A stretch of 64,000 nt of DNA, from the NCBI RefSeq assembly GCF_020745735.1, contig NC_083424.1:29064999-29128998 (forward strand). Reading direction: 5' to 3'. The first letter of the stretch is position 1. Each line of letters begins with the position of its first letter. The position numbers were made by a program, and so were the translations under genes. This DNA comes from Hemiscyllium ocellatum. Its lineage: Eukaryota. Positions 27,281 through 39,300 of the stretch are shown here, in pieces. Below the pieces are notes generated by a model. It saw only the letters and a program-made list of their open reading frames with translations. It ran no database searches and was not told the origin of the DNA.

Positions 27281-29973
27281 TTGCTTGGCAGAGATGGATA
27301 TGTTTTATTTCTCTTGCATGTGTTCCTGAACTTTTTCACTCGTAATTATTCTCTTGCTTATTGTTTCTTGTCACTCTTACAGCGCTCATGCTATGTATTA
27401 GTCTGTCCGCTACTCTCACTTGGCCATGTTTTCCTCTGTTCTGTTGCATTAGTCCAAAAGTAGCAAGATACAGTTATTTAAATGGAGAATTTTGAGTGTA
27501 GGCCATAGATGACTGAGTGTGGTGCTGGAAAAGCACAGCAGGTCAGGCAGCATCCGAGGTGCAGGAAAATTCATGTTTTGGGCATAGTCTTCATCAGACA
27601 AGTGTTCTCTGATATCCAGCATCTGCAGTCTTCATTTTCTCGTAGATGGCTGAGACTCTGGTATAGAAGATGGTGCAGGGAAGGACGTAATTTTAACATG
27701 GGTGATGTTCAGAGTTTTTAAAACAAAGTTTGAGAATTTTTAAATTCAGTGGTTTGGGGAAAGGGAAGCAGTTGACAAGAAAAATGATGCTGGGGAAGCA
27801 TAACTTGATACTGAACACTGTTTAAGGTTGAGAGATTTATGGAAGGTTAATCTCTGGAGAAGTGAATTTACTAATTGTGGTATTTTGGGCTTTGAGACTG
27901 CAGAGTGAGGCATTATTGTAAAAGGTAATGTTATGGACCGGATCAGACCCCTTCAAAATACATTAAGAGGATAGCTATTATGCTGCCTTATTTTAAAGGC
28001 AAGTGCCCAGCATTTCACTCCGGATACAATTAGATTGTTCAAACTATTGCACTTAAAGCAAAACACGCTTTATTCATACACAATAGTTAGAAGGCAACAA
28101 CCGAAAGAAGTTGTTGGAGTAACTTTATTATTCTATTAGGTTTTTCAGTAGATTATTTAACTACTGAACATCAACTGTTCCAATTTAGTAGCATCCCATA
28201 AACACGCCCTTGGCAAAATCAATAAAATAGATTGTCTCATGTGCAATTCTAGGAGCCTGGGAGGAAAAACATTGAGAAAACTCAGAGGATGTAGCAGGGA
28301 GAGATGCACGGTGGCTTCTAAACCTGCTGAGACTCCAGCAACTGCTAGTAAAAAAAAACCTAAAAATTTTGGTTCTGTGGGAGCTGGCCCTATCTATTAA
28401 GGCTGCTTCTATTGTTCCAACTTTTTAAAACAAAACCCCAAGGCCTCACTCTGTTTACTTTGAGTTTTTAGTAGACAGCTGATGCTGCCTGGCCTGCTGT
28501 GCTTTGACCAGCAACACATTTGCAGCTCAATGCCTCTCTTTATCTAAAAAACAAGCAGGACTAAATACACGTCTTAAAGCCATAGTTTCATTACAGTACA
28601 AATATCTGACCTGAGTTATAGGTGCAGCATTGTGCAGGATCAAATAAGTTATGCGAGATTGGCTCAGCTGAAGAAATTTCTCAGAAGTTGACCTTGCATG
28701 TGGATATACCCATTTAGATAACTTGGCTCATAAGGAGTATCTGAACTTGAGAGTTCAGATTAAAATTCAAATTATCAAGTACGTGCTGGGTTCTAGCTTG
28801 GCAATTAAATGTTGCAACTGTTTCAGATCCCTGAATGACTGTCAGCAATGTTGATGGAGATTGTCTGTTAAAGTTTATTAAGTCTTGCATATAGAGCTTT
28901 TTGTCATTATATTAAGCATGAGAAGAAAAATGTTTTTTCCATTGGTTAAAGTTTTTCAAGAACCACTCAATTTATGTTTTATCCAAACTTCTACCATATT
29001 CTCTAGCTTCGTACTGAGGAAAGGTATAGTAAATGTACATGACAGAAATATTTAAATGTAACAGCTTCTTATATTTCCCTTCTGATTTTGCCCATTTTGT
29101 TGCCACAATCAAAAGCTTCCTGTTTTTGATCCAAGTACAGGTAGTTCTGGGGTAATGTGCATTTTGGCAGCCTGATTTGGCTATAATGTCACTGAAAAAT
29201 TAGGGAATGGTATTTTTAAAAATGCTTACCTCTGTTTGGAGTAGTGCGATTCCAGCAGGGATCGGTTCGTGCATTTTGTTCTGTGCGTGCGCTGATGTTT
29301 GTCAAAACATTTGTCAGTCTGCACACACAAGCTAGTGAGGACAGGAATAGGAGGATAGAGCAGATGAATACATGGCTGAGGAGCTGGTGTATGGGAGAAG
29401 TATTCACATTTTTGGATCATTGGAATCTCTCTTGGGGTAGAAGTGAGCTGAAAAAGAAGGATGGATTGCACCTAAATTGGAAGGGGACTAATGTACTGGC
29501 AGGGAAATTTGCTAGAACTGCTTGGGAGAATTTAAACTAGTAATGTGGGGGGGAGGGGGGGGGGGAGGGGGGTTGGACCCAGGGAGATAGTGAGGAAAGA
29601 GATCGATCTGAGACAGGTACAGCTGAGAACAGAAGTGAGTCGAACAGTCAGGGACAAGGTAAGACTAATAAATTAAACAGCATTTATTTCAATGCAAGGG
29701 TTTTAACAGGGAAGGCAGATGAACTCAGGGCATGGTAAGGAATATGGGACTGGGATATTATAGCAATTACTGAAACATGGCTCAGAGATGGGTAGGATTG
29801 GCAGCTTAATGTTCCAGGATATAAATGCTACAGGAAGGATAGAAAGGGAGGCAAGAGAGGAGGGGGAGTGGCCTTTTTGATGAGGGATAGCATTACAGCT
29901 GTGCTGAGGGAGGATATTCCCGGAAATACATCCAGGGAAGTTATTTGGGTGGAATGGAGAAATAAGAAAGGGA

Positions 29974-30225
29974 TTAGATTAGATTACTTAGTGTGGAAAT
30001 AGGCCCTTCAGCCCAACAAGTCCACACCAACCCGTATACCACCCAGACCCATACTCCTACATTTACCGCTTCACCAAACACTACAGGCAATTTAGCATGG
30101 CCAATTCACCTAGCCTGCACATTTTTGGATTGTGGGAGGAAACCGGAGCACCCGGAGGAAACCCACGCGGACATGGGGAGAATGTGCAAACTCCACACAG
30201 AGTTGATTCGGGCAGGAATTGAACC
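29974..30225 (-). mobile_element. HE1-type V-SINE (5'-truncated at the B box) inserted in the LINE endonuclease region
   Basis: Interrupts LINE sequence aagaaagggat|gatcaccttattggg. Confidence 0.88.
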
Positions 30226-31614
30226 TGATCACCTTATTGGGATTGTATAACAAGACCCCCCAATAGTCAGAGGGAAATTGAGAAACAAACTTATAAGGAG
30301 GTCTCTGCTAACTGTAAGAATAATAGGGTAGTTATGGTAGGGGATTTTAACTCTCCAAACATTTGACTGGGACTGCCATAGTGTTAAAGGTTTAGATAGT
30401 GTGGAATTTAAGTGTGTACAAGACAATTTTCTGATTCCGTATGCGGATGTACCTGCTAGAGAAGGTGCAAAACTTGACCTACTCTTGGGAAATAAGGCAG
30501 GGCAAGTGACTGAGGTGTCAGTGGGGGAGCACTTTGGGGCCAGCAACCATAATTCTATTAGTTTTAAAATAGTGATGGAAAAGGATAGACCAGATCTAAA
30601 AGTTGGAGTTCTAAATTGGAGAAAGGCCAATTTTGGCGGTATTAGGTAAGGACTTTCAAAAGCTGATTGGGGGCAGATGTTTGCAGGTAAATGAATGACT
30701 AACTGGTAAAGGAACAGCTGGAAAATGGGAAACCTTCAGAAATGAGATAACAAGAATCCAGAGAGAGTATGTTCTTGTCAGGGTGAAAGGGAAGGCGGGT
30801 AGGTTTGGGAATGCTGGATGACTAAAGAAATTGAGGTTTGGTTAAGAAAAAGAAGGAAGCATATGTCAAGTATACACAGGATAGATCGAGTGAATTCTTA
30901 GAGTATAAAGGAAGTAGGAGTATACTTGAGGGAAATCAGAAGGACAAAACAGGGACATGAGATAGCTTTGGCAAATAGAATTAAGGAGAATCCAAAGGGT
31001 TTTTACAAATATATTAAGGACAGAAGGGTAACTAGGGAGAGAATAGGGCCCCCTCAAAGACCAGCAAGGTGGCCTTTGTGGAGCCGCAGAAAATGGGGGA
31101 GAATGAATATTTTGCATTAGAATTTATTGTGGAAAAGGATATGGAAGATATAGCCTGTAGGGAAATAGATGGTGACATCTTGCAAAATGTCCAGATTACA
31201 GAGGAGGAAGTGCTGGATGTCTTGAAACGGTTAAAAGTGGATAACCCCAGGACCTGATCAGGTGTACCCGAGAACCCTGTGGGAAGCTAGAGAAGTGATT
31301 GCTGGGCCTCTTGCTGAGATATTTGTATCATCGATAGTCGCAGGTGAGGTGCTGGAAGACTTGAGGTTGGCAAACATGGTGCCACTGTTGAAGAAGGGAC
31401 TGTGGACCGGTGAGCCTGACCTTAGACAAGTTGTTGGAGGGAATCCTGAGGGACAAGACGTAAATGTATTTGGAAAGGCAAGGACGGATTAGGGATAGTC
31501 AACATGGCTTTGTGCGTGGGAAAGCATGTCTCGCAAACTTGATTGAGTTTTTTAAGAAGTAACAAAGAAGATTGATGAGGGCAGAGCAGTAGATGTGATC
31601 TGTATGGACTTCAG

Positions 31615-31908
31615 AGGAGAAAGTGAGGACTGCAGATGCTGGAGATCAGAGCTTAAAAATGTGTTGCTGGAAAGGCGCAGCAGGTCAGGCAGCATCAAAG
31701 GAACAGGAGAATCGACGTTTCGGGCATAAGCCCTTCAGGAATGAGGAGGGTGTGCCAAGCAGGCTAAGATAAAAGGTCGCCTTTTATCTTAGCCTGCTTG
31801 GCACACCCTCCTCATTCCTGAAGAAGGGCTTATGCCCAAAATGTCGATTTTCCTGTTCCTTTGATGCTGCCTGACCTGCGCTTTTCCAGCACCACATTTT
31901 TGAGCTCT
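31615..31908. mobile_element. Fold-back Penelope-derived element inside LINE RT (129-bp inverted arms, 33-nt tail)
   Basis: Arms 31648-31776 and 31780-31908 with loop TCG; 16-bp TSD at 31599-31614 and 31906-31921. Confidence 0.9.
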
Positions 31909-33949
31909 ATATAGACTTCAGTAAGGCGTTTGACAAGGTTCCCCATGGGAGATTGATTAGCAAGGTTAGATCTCATGGAATACAGGGTGAACTAGCCATT
32001 TGGATACAGAACTGGCTCAATGGTAGAAGACAGAGGGTGGTGGTGGAGTGTTGTTTTTCAGACTGGAGGCCTGTGACCAGTGAAGTGCCACAAGGATCAG
32101 TGCTGGGTCCTCTATTTTTTTGTCATTTACATAAATGATTTGGATGCAAGCATAAGAGATACAGTTAGTAAGTTTGCAGATGACCCCAGAATTGGAGGTG
32201 TAGTGGACAGTGAAGAAGGTTACCTCCGATTGATCTTGACCAGATGGGCCAATGGGCTGAGAAGTGGCAGAAGGAGTTTAATTCCGATAAATGCGAGGTG
32301 CTGCGTTTTGGGAAAGCAAATCTTAGCAGGACTTGTACACTTAATGGTAAGGTCCTAGGGAGTGTTGCTGAACAAAGAGACCTTGGAGTGCAGGTTCATA
32401 GCTCCTTGAAAGTGGAGTCACAGGTAGATAGGATAGTGAAGGCAGCATTTGGTATACTTTCCCTTATTGGTCAGAATACGGAGTACAAGAGTTGGGAAGT
32501 CATGTTGTGGCTGTACAAGACATTGGTTAGGCCACTGTTGGAATATTGCGTGCAATTCTGGTCTCCTTTCTGTCGGAAAGGTGTTGTGAAACTTGAAAGG
32601 GTTCAGAAAAGATTTACAAGGATGTTGCCAGGGTTGGAGGATCTGAGCTACAGGGAGAGCTGAACAGGCTGGGGCTGTTTTCCCTGGAGCGTCGGAGGCT
32701 GAGGGGTGACCTTGTAGAGGTTTACAAAATTGAGGGACATGGATAGGATAAATAGGCAAAGTACTTTCCCTGGGGTTGGGGAGTCCAGAACTAGAGGGCA
32801 TAGGTTTAGGGTGAGAGGGGAAAGATATAAAGGAGACCCAAGGGGCAGTTTTTTCACGCAGAGGGTGGTACGTGTAAGGAAAGAGCTGCCAGAGGAAGTG
32901 GTGGCGGCTGGTACAATTGCAACATTTAAGAGGCATTTGGATGGGTATATGAATAGGAAGGGTTTGGTGGGATGTGGGCCGAGTGCTGGTAGGTGGGACT
33001 AGATTGGGTTGGGATATCTGGTCAACATGGACAGATTGGACCGAAGGGTCTGTTTCCATGCTGTACATCTGTGATTCTATGCACCAATGTCTGTACTGTT
33101 CTGCATATGTGCTGGTGTCTGTGCCATGTAAGGCATCAGTTCTGATCTTTGTGTCATTCTGCGCACTCACTGATGTCTGCGCCTGAAGTCTCCCTACAGT
33201 TCTGTACATGCACGATATCAGCGCTGGTCTTCGTGGTGTTCTATGCATGTATGGATCTCAGCTGCTGACAGCAGCTTTCTTTGAGAGATACGTTCTGAAA
33301 CTTTGGACCAAATAGAAGCTTCATGTGCTAACTATTTTGAAATTCTGTGCAGCTAAGATTCTGGAATGAGTTTCATATCTTACCAGGATATGTACGGAGA
33401 GCAGCTTTCTTACATTTTTAAATGTATTGTTAAATGTACTTTTTTAATTTCATTAATAAATATGATTTCAACCTTCATTCCAGCTGTGCTGTACCTTTGG
33501 GTGATTTTTGAGTGATTGTGAGCAATTTCTTTTTTGCTGGTCTGCCCTGAACCCCACTTTTCCTGTAATCCCCTTATTTATATCAAGCAATTTTCTATTG
33601 AGCGAGGTTTTGCTGGAACACAATAGTGTTATAGGAGAACTACCTATAAGTATTTTATTCAACTTTTTTCATCCTGTCTGTATTTTTAAATTTATGTTGG
33701 GAATCATATTCCTTTGCACATTCTTTTCTTGCTCAAATATAACTGTCTTTTTATTTAATTTTTTTTTAAAGCAATTCTTTTTTGGTTAGTGAGCGTGGTT
33801 CTTCATGCCCTTCAGTTTTTTTTTGAGAAGCAGTTGTTGGAAGAGGATGCTAATCAGCAAAAATATGGTAGATTCCATGAATGGAATTCCTATGCTTGAA
33901 CTGTAATGGTGAAAGGATAATTTTAAACTAGAGGAAGATTTGTAGTGGA

Positions 33950-34870
33950 CTACCCCAGAACCTTTGTTTTATTACACCCCTGTTTCTCTTGATTTACAAT
34001 TATGATTCAGATTTTGATGTGCAGGGGCTAATTTAAAAGTTTAGGTACGATACAAAACTTGATAGCTTTGTAAACCATAATGATGACTGTAGAACTTCAA
34101 AAGAACACTACAAGTTGGTCAAGTGGGCAGATTGGTAACAGATGAAGTTCAATATGGAAAAGTGAAGTGATGCATTTTAGAACATGGAGAGATGTTATAA
34201 AATAAAGGGTACAATTGAAGGATGTGAGGTGCGGAGACCAGGGTTTAAGTGTGGATAAAGCATTAAAGATGGAAGGACAGGTAGATAAAGCATATAGTAT
34301 TCCAGGTATTAGGAGCATAAATTATAAGTGGGAGGTTACAGTTCTCCTGTATAAGACACTAGGTTAGACCTCCGCTGGGGTGTTCTGAGTGCCATACAAC
34401 AGGAAGGATATGAACACATTGAAGAAATTGGAGATGATGTTTTCAATAATGATTCTATTGATGAGAAGCCTCAATTATAGAGGTAAATTGGAGAAGCTGG
34501 GACTGTTTATTTTGGATAAGAGAAGGCTAAGAGGAGATTTGATAGAGGTTTGCAAACTTCTAGACATATGAAAAAAGTAGACGGTTAGATGTTCTCATTC
34601 ATGAAAGATTGAGAATGAAAGGGCACAGCTTTGAAGTGATTTGCAGAAGCAGTAAATGTGATGAGAAAAAGACACACTTGGAAAGTATTTTATGTATAGA
34701 AAACACTTCAGAATTGTGGTCAAGCCATTAAAGAGGGCATTGTTTATTTAAATAATCATAATATACAGGGTTCTGACGAAATGACAGAAGAATGCCACAG
34801 TGATGATGCTCATTCAGAGATTTTGGACCAAATAGATGTTTCATGTGCTAATGATTCTGAAATGAGTTTC
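33950..34870 (+). mobile_element. Decayed CR1 LINE 3' region
   Basis: ORF LEKLGLFILDKRRLRGDLIEV, with WQM.FN..K.EV.HF-like sequence upstream. Confidence 0.7.
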
Positions 34871-36221
34871 GTACCTTATCAGGATATGTTTCATATATCT
34901 TTTTTAAACCAACTATTGGAAATGCATTCTGAATATGATATTGCACGGTTCCTTATTTGCTCCTCAACTTGCTGCTACCGTGTATAATTTCTTTTAATGG
35001 CATTGGGGAAAATAGCTATTGTATCACAATAATATAGTGCTAATAATATTTAGTTAACAATATGCTCACAGATAAAGATTGGTAAAGGATTATTGAACTT
35101 TGAAACAGACAATATAATTGAAGAGTGTTTAATGACAAAGGACCCCTAGGTGTGGTGGAAGAAAATAATTGACACAATCATCTTATTCATTTCGTTACAA
35201 CCTACATCATTGCTACAAATATACTAACTTGGAGCCTTATACCAGGTTGCCAATTGTGGGAGAGCTTTTAATGAATGAATTTATAGTGGGATGAATTTGT
35301 TTGCACTATTCGCTTAAATGCTTGGCTTGGCCAAAGAAACTGTAAATTGGAATACCAAGCAATGTTTACTACTGTCACAGAAATAGGCTAAAATTTTAAG
35401 TCCATTATGACACCACCCTAGTTTTCCTGAGGGAGGCCCCCGTGCAAATTATGGTACTGAAAAATGTGAAGTTCCTAATTCTTGCATTTTTTTAAAAAAA
35501 AAAGCAATATCAGCATTACATTCATTTCATTGATCATTTGACCTCCGTTCAGCCTGTTGATGAGCCTGGTTTATGACACAAAATTGGACATGTAGCTTGG
35601 AGTTCTTACAAGAACCTATTCACTTCATCAATTCTATACCAGCTCTTTGGAAAATAGATATCTATCTCCCACTTTTTTCCTCCTCCTCATTCATTTTTAG
35701 ATGATTTAATAATTTCCTTTTGAGTGCTTTGAATGAACTTGCCTCACTGTGACAGTTCAGCATCTTATTGTTGTGCAGTATTCAAAACTAACTTAAGAGG
35801 AGAGATGCTATGTCCTTGGAAGACTGACTTTAAAGCTGACTTTCTGCAAAGTGGGAAATATGAAACTATAAATGTCGGAGCACATCAAAATTTTTCATGT
35901 TGACCTTGCACTACAAAACTCAATGTAAAACTTCCTATGCGTTCAAATGTAGCTGTATTAATATAAGATGATATTGGGAATAAATCCTGTCTGTGTATTC
36001 AAAAATTGTATATTTGATGAACTTGAAGAATTCACATTCCAACGGCGTTCTGAAAAACTATGTTCCTTTGTGAAGGCGAAGAAGAGCAAAATCCAAAGTT
36101 GTGCTTGTCTGCAAGTGTTCCTTTCTCTGTGCTTTCACCTTTCACTTTCCATTTTATTGCTGCAGCATTTTGTCAAATGTGTAAAATTTTATCTAATTCA
36201 ATTTTTTTGATTGTAAATTAG

Positions 36222-36389
36222 ATGAGAACAGTAATCAGAGTTCCATAGCAGATGCTTCTCCAATGAAGCAGGAGAACAGCAGCAATCCAAGTCCTGCGCC
36301 AGAGCAGAATTTAATAATCCAACCAGAGGGTGCTGAAACTGGGACTGAGGAGGTTCAGCCCCCTATCAAAGAACGGCCCAGCTCTGACG
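36222..36389 (+). CDS. BCL7A: BCL7A coding exon 4 (168 bp): (D)[28 protein letters not shown]...RPSSD
   Basis: Matches BCL7A [19 protein letters not shown]. Acceptor ttag|, donor G|gtaagg; phase 1 to phase 1. Confidence 0.96.
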
Positions 36390-39300
36390 GTAAGGCTTAA
36401 AACAGATTGAGGAATAGAAATCAGGACTTTGGTCAGGAGTCCTCGGGTCAAAATCCAATTCATGGTAGTATTTTCTGAGTGGAGAAACTCTCACCTAACT
36501 TTGCTGAATACATTTATTGATCCTTGAATGAAAATCAAAACCTTATTCATGAAAATGTAAACATTGGGTGTGATTGTTTCTTAAATTGTAAATAAAGAAT
36601 GAATTGCATTATAATTGAGATTTTGAAGATTTTATCATCATGGAAGGATCACAGTACATTTAACAGAAAGTTGGTCTATTTGCGAGGTTATGCCAAATTA
36701 AGATAAGGGAGTACTCTTGGGTAAATAAAACAATTTGGATAATCCTCAGAGCAAATACTCATAAACAATGTCTGTGTATGAATACAGGAGGTAAATAAGA
36801 AATTGTGAAACAAATGCTCAGTGGAGTACCTATTAGAATTTTAGGTGCTTTTTACCAGAATTGGGGGCATCTCTGATAGTTACTTTGGTTTTACTTTAAG
36901 TTTTGTTGTTTTGGGATCCATGTTAGATGGTTAACAGTATTCAATCTTCCAAATGCAGAATTTTAGTAAAAAATGTCCATGCTGAACAATTTTAAGATCA
37001 TATTTCAAAAATCATACATCCAGAGTATTCCAGTCATTAATTGTTTGACTCAGTGTGATGCTATTATTGATACCTATAACATACAATGCTCATACATAAA
37101 TACAGTATTTTAAAGTTTGATTTGAAAAAAAAATTAGAATTATAATTTTTTAAACTTGTGCTCTTGCAGTTCTGACTGTTTCCTTTCTTCACTGAAAACG
37201 CTGACAGTTATTTCTGTAGTTCATGATTATACTGGAATCAGGAACTCTTCAGTACCTGTTTAAGTGATTATTGGGGAAATCTGGGTAGTGAACAGAATAT
37301 AGATGTTACCACCAGGTAAACCTTTAGATGCCTGCATTCGCAAGCAGGAGTTACCACATAGGAAGAGGAGATAACCTGCCTGATATTTCTTTTTACATTT
37401 TCTTGCTCCCTATGACATGGAGTCTGTAGCCAGTGGTTCGTTGTTACCCAGGCTGAGATGAGTTAACTTAGAATGAATGGGGCATTGAATTCTTATAGTC
37501 TGACTTATTAGAAAATATACAATATGTGACACCCATGACCAAGTGAATAAAAAATGATTTGAAAGAACTTCTGCCTTGATTTCAAATTGTCAAAAGTATA
37601 TAGAGAATATTGGATTTCTGAGAAATTGCCAGTTAATTGTTTCATCTGCGATACAGATCTGAGATCTGTAAGATTGCTGGATATTGATTATTTTCTGTTA
37701 TGTTCTAATAGAATTCACAGATGTATTTTTTTTAAGCACAGGTAGTGTTAGGGCATGTGCTTGTTGCTGATGTGTGGTTTCCATATTGGAAGATTGATGA
37801 TTTTGAAGCAAGTTCTTCAAGTCACAATTCAGCATCTTACAGGGAACTTAACTAGCAATAAGTAAAATGCAGAAACTGTTGAGATCAAAGGCCTTGGTAA
37901 AGAAAACCTTTCCTCTGTTTATCCTCTTCAGAAGCTTTTATTATTGTTGCTGCTGGAGATCTTTTTATGTCCCTTATGTACAGTTCATTTCCTGTCTTGT
38001 CAGTGGAGTGATCTCTAGGAGACGATCAGGATGGATTTTGAATTGATAATGCACAAAGGAATCCATGTGTCCTGTTCTCTGGGGAGGTCAACAGTCTACT
38101 CTCTAATTGGCAGTACATGGAGTTTGCAAAGTGACCTCTCTGGAAAGGTCCAAACCTCACTCTCAGAATATCACGTGGCCTTGCAGGTGATCATTCTTCT
38201 TTTCAACTATTCAACCTTGCATTAGACTTTTATGCTGCTCTCTGATATAGTAGTTGGAGTCCCACTGTTTAATTGTAAAAATAAGTAAAATGGGGCCCTT
38301 TATGCCCTTTCATGACTGCTCATTGGCTACCACGGAATTTGGCATTTTGATATCTAACACTTGAGCTACACTGCTACCTGGTCACGTGGAAGGGAATAAA
38401 AGGGCAATGATTCCATTTATACCTTTTTATGCAATCGTGAGCTTATGTACTACATAAATACTTTGGGCTTAAATTTGGCAATTTCTGTCTAATCCAGAAT
38501 ATGCTACGCTTAATTTTCTGTCTTGATGAATTGAGAATACCTCTTGGAAGTATGGAAATGAGACCAGAAGATAAAAATTTTGCTTGCCAAATGAAATTTG
38601 TGCTATCTGAGCTTGTTTACTTAAAATCAGTAGAAACACTGAAGTAGACTTGGCCAGTTACTGCAATTTTTTTTTTGAAAAGCAGTTGGAAAGCCCCTCT
38701 GGTCATGGGTCATGAACAGTTTGACTGCTTTTGCCTCTTCATTGGCATAATATTTGTGACGTGAGGGAGGAGGTGGTGAAAGCTGCATAGCTTTTTAAAA
38801 GACTTCTGTTTTCATTTTTCTAAATGAGATTTTGAATTGAATTTTTCAAGCCAAGTAACCGAAAAACACGTATTAATTTAAACTAGATAGCTAGACAAAT
38901 AACTTTTCCTGTAATTGTTTTAATTTGAAATCTCCTTTTCTATGCCTTCCTGCCTCCAAGCTGTCCTTCATCTGGGAGGACGGGACCGTCTGGGTAGCAG
39001 ACTTCTTCAGAGGCACCATGGAAGCTCCTCCATGTCTACCAATAAGAGGTGTGCTTTGTGGGACGGGATAGGTTTCTGTGTATGTGTATACATGTATGTG
39101 TACTTGTGTTTTTTTTTTCTTTACCACAAGGCTATTAAACTGCTCAGCTGAGAATTGGAAAAACTCAATTTTAGCAGTGACAAATAATTAATTTGAATTT
39201 GATTTTAAACTTGCTCCCTTTCAACGTGAGTCCCACATTAAAGCTACAAGCCTCCTTATTATAAGGTTAGCATAAAAAGCTTAAAGATTGATAGTGTTTC

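Larger units (their letters stand above)
29330..33080 (+). mobile_element. 5'-truncated CR1/HER1-type LINE (ORF1 esterase C-terminus, APE endonuclease, RT), decayed, with nested SINE and Penelope-derived inserts
   Basis: ORF1 DGLHL SGNH-type motif; APE motifs YFNARG, IAITETW and GGGVA; RT motifs YMDFSKAFD, PQGSVLGP and KFADD; YKTLVRPLLEYCVQFWSP; typical 3' tail. Many frameshifts. Confidence 0.93.

Noticed and set aside
32418-33248. Longest ORF in the track (276 aa, minus strand)
   Set aside because: It is the antisense reading of the CR1 LINE 3' region plus flank, with no recognisable domain.
38160-38400. CACGTG E-boxes as a carbohydrate response element for MondoA autoregulation
   Set aside because: A ChoRE needs two E-boxes 5 bp apart; these are isolated and ~210 bp apart.
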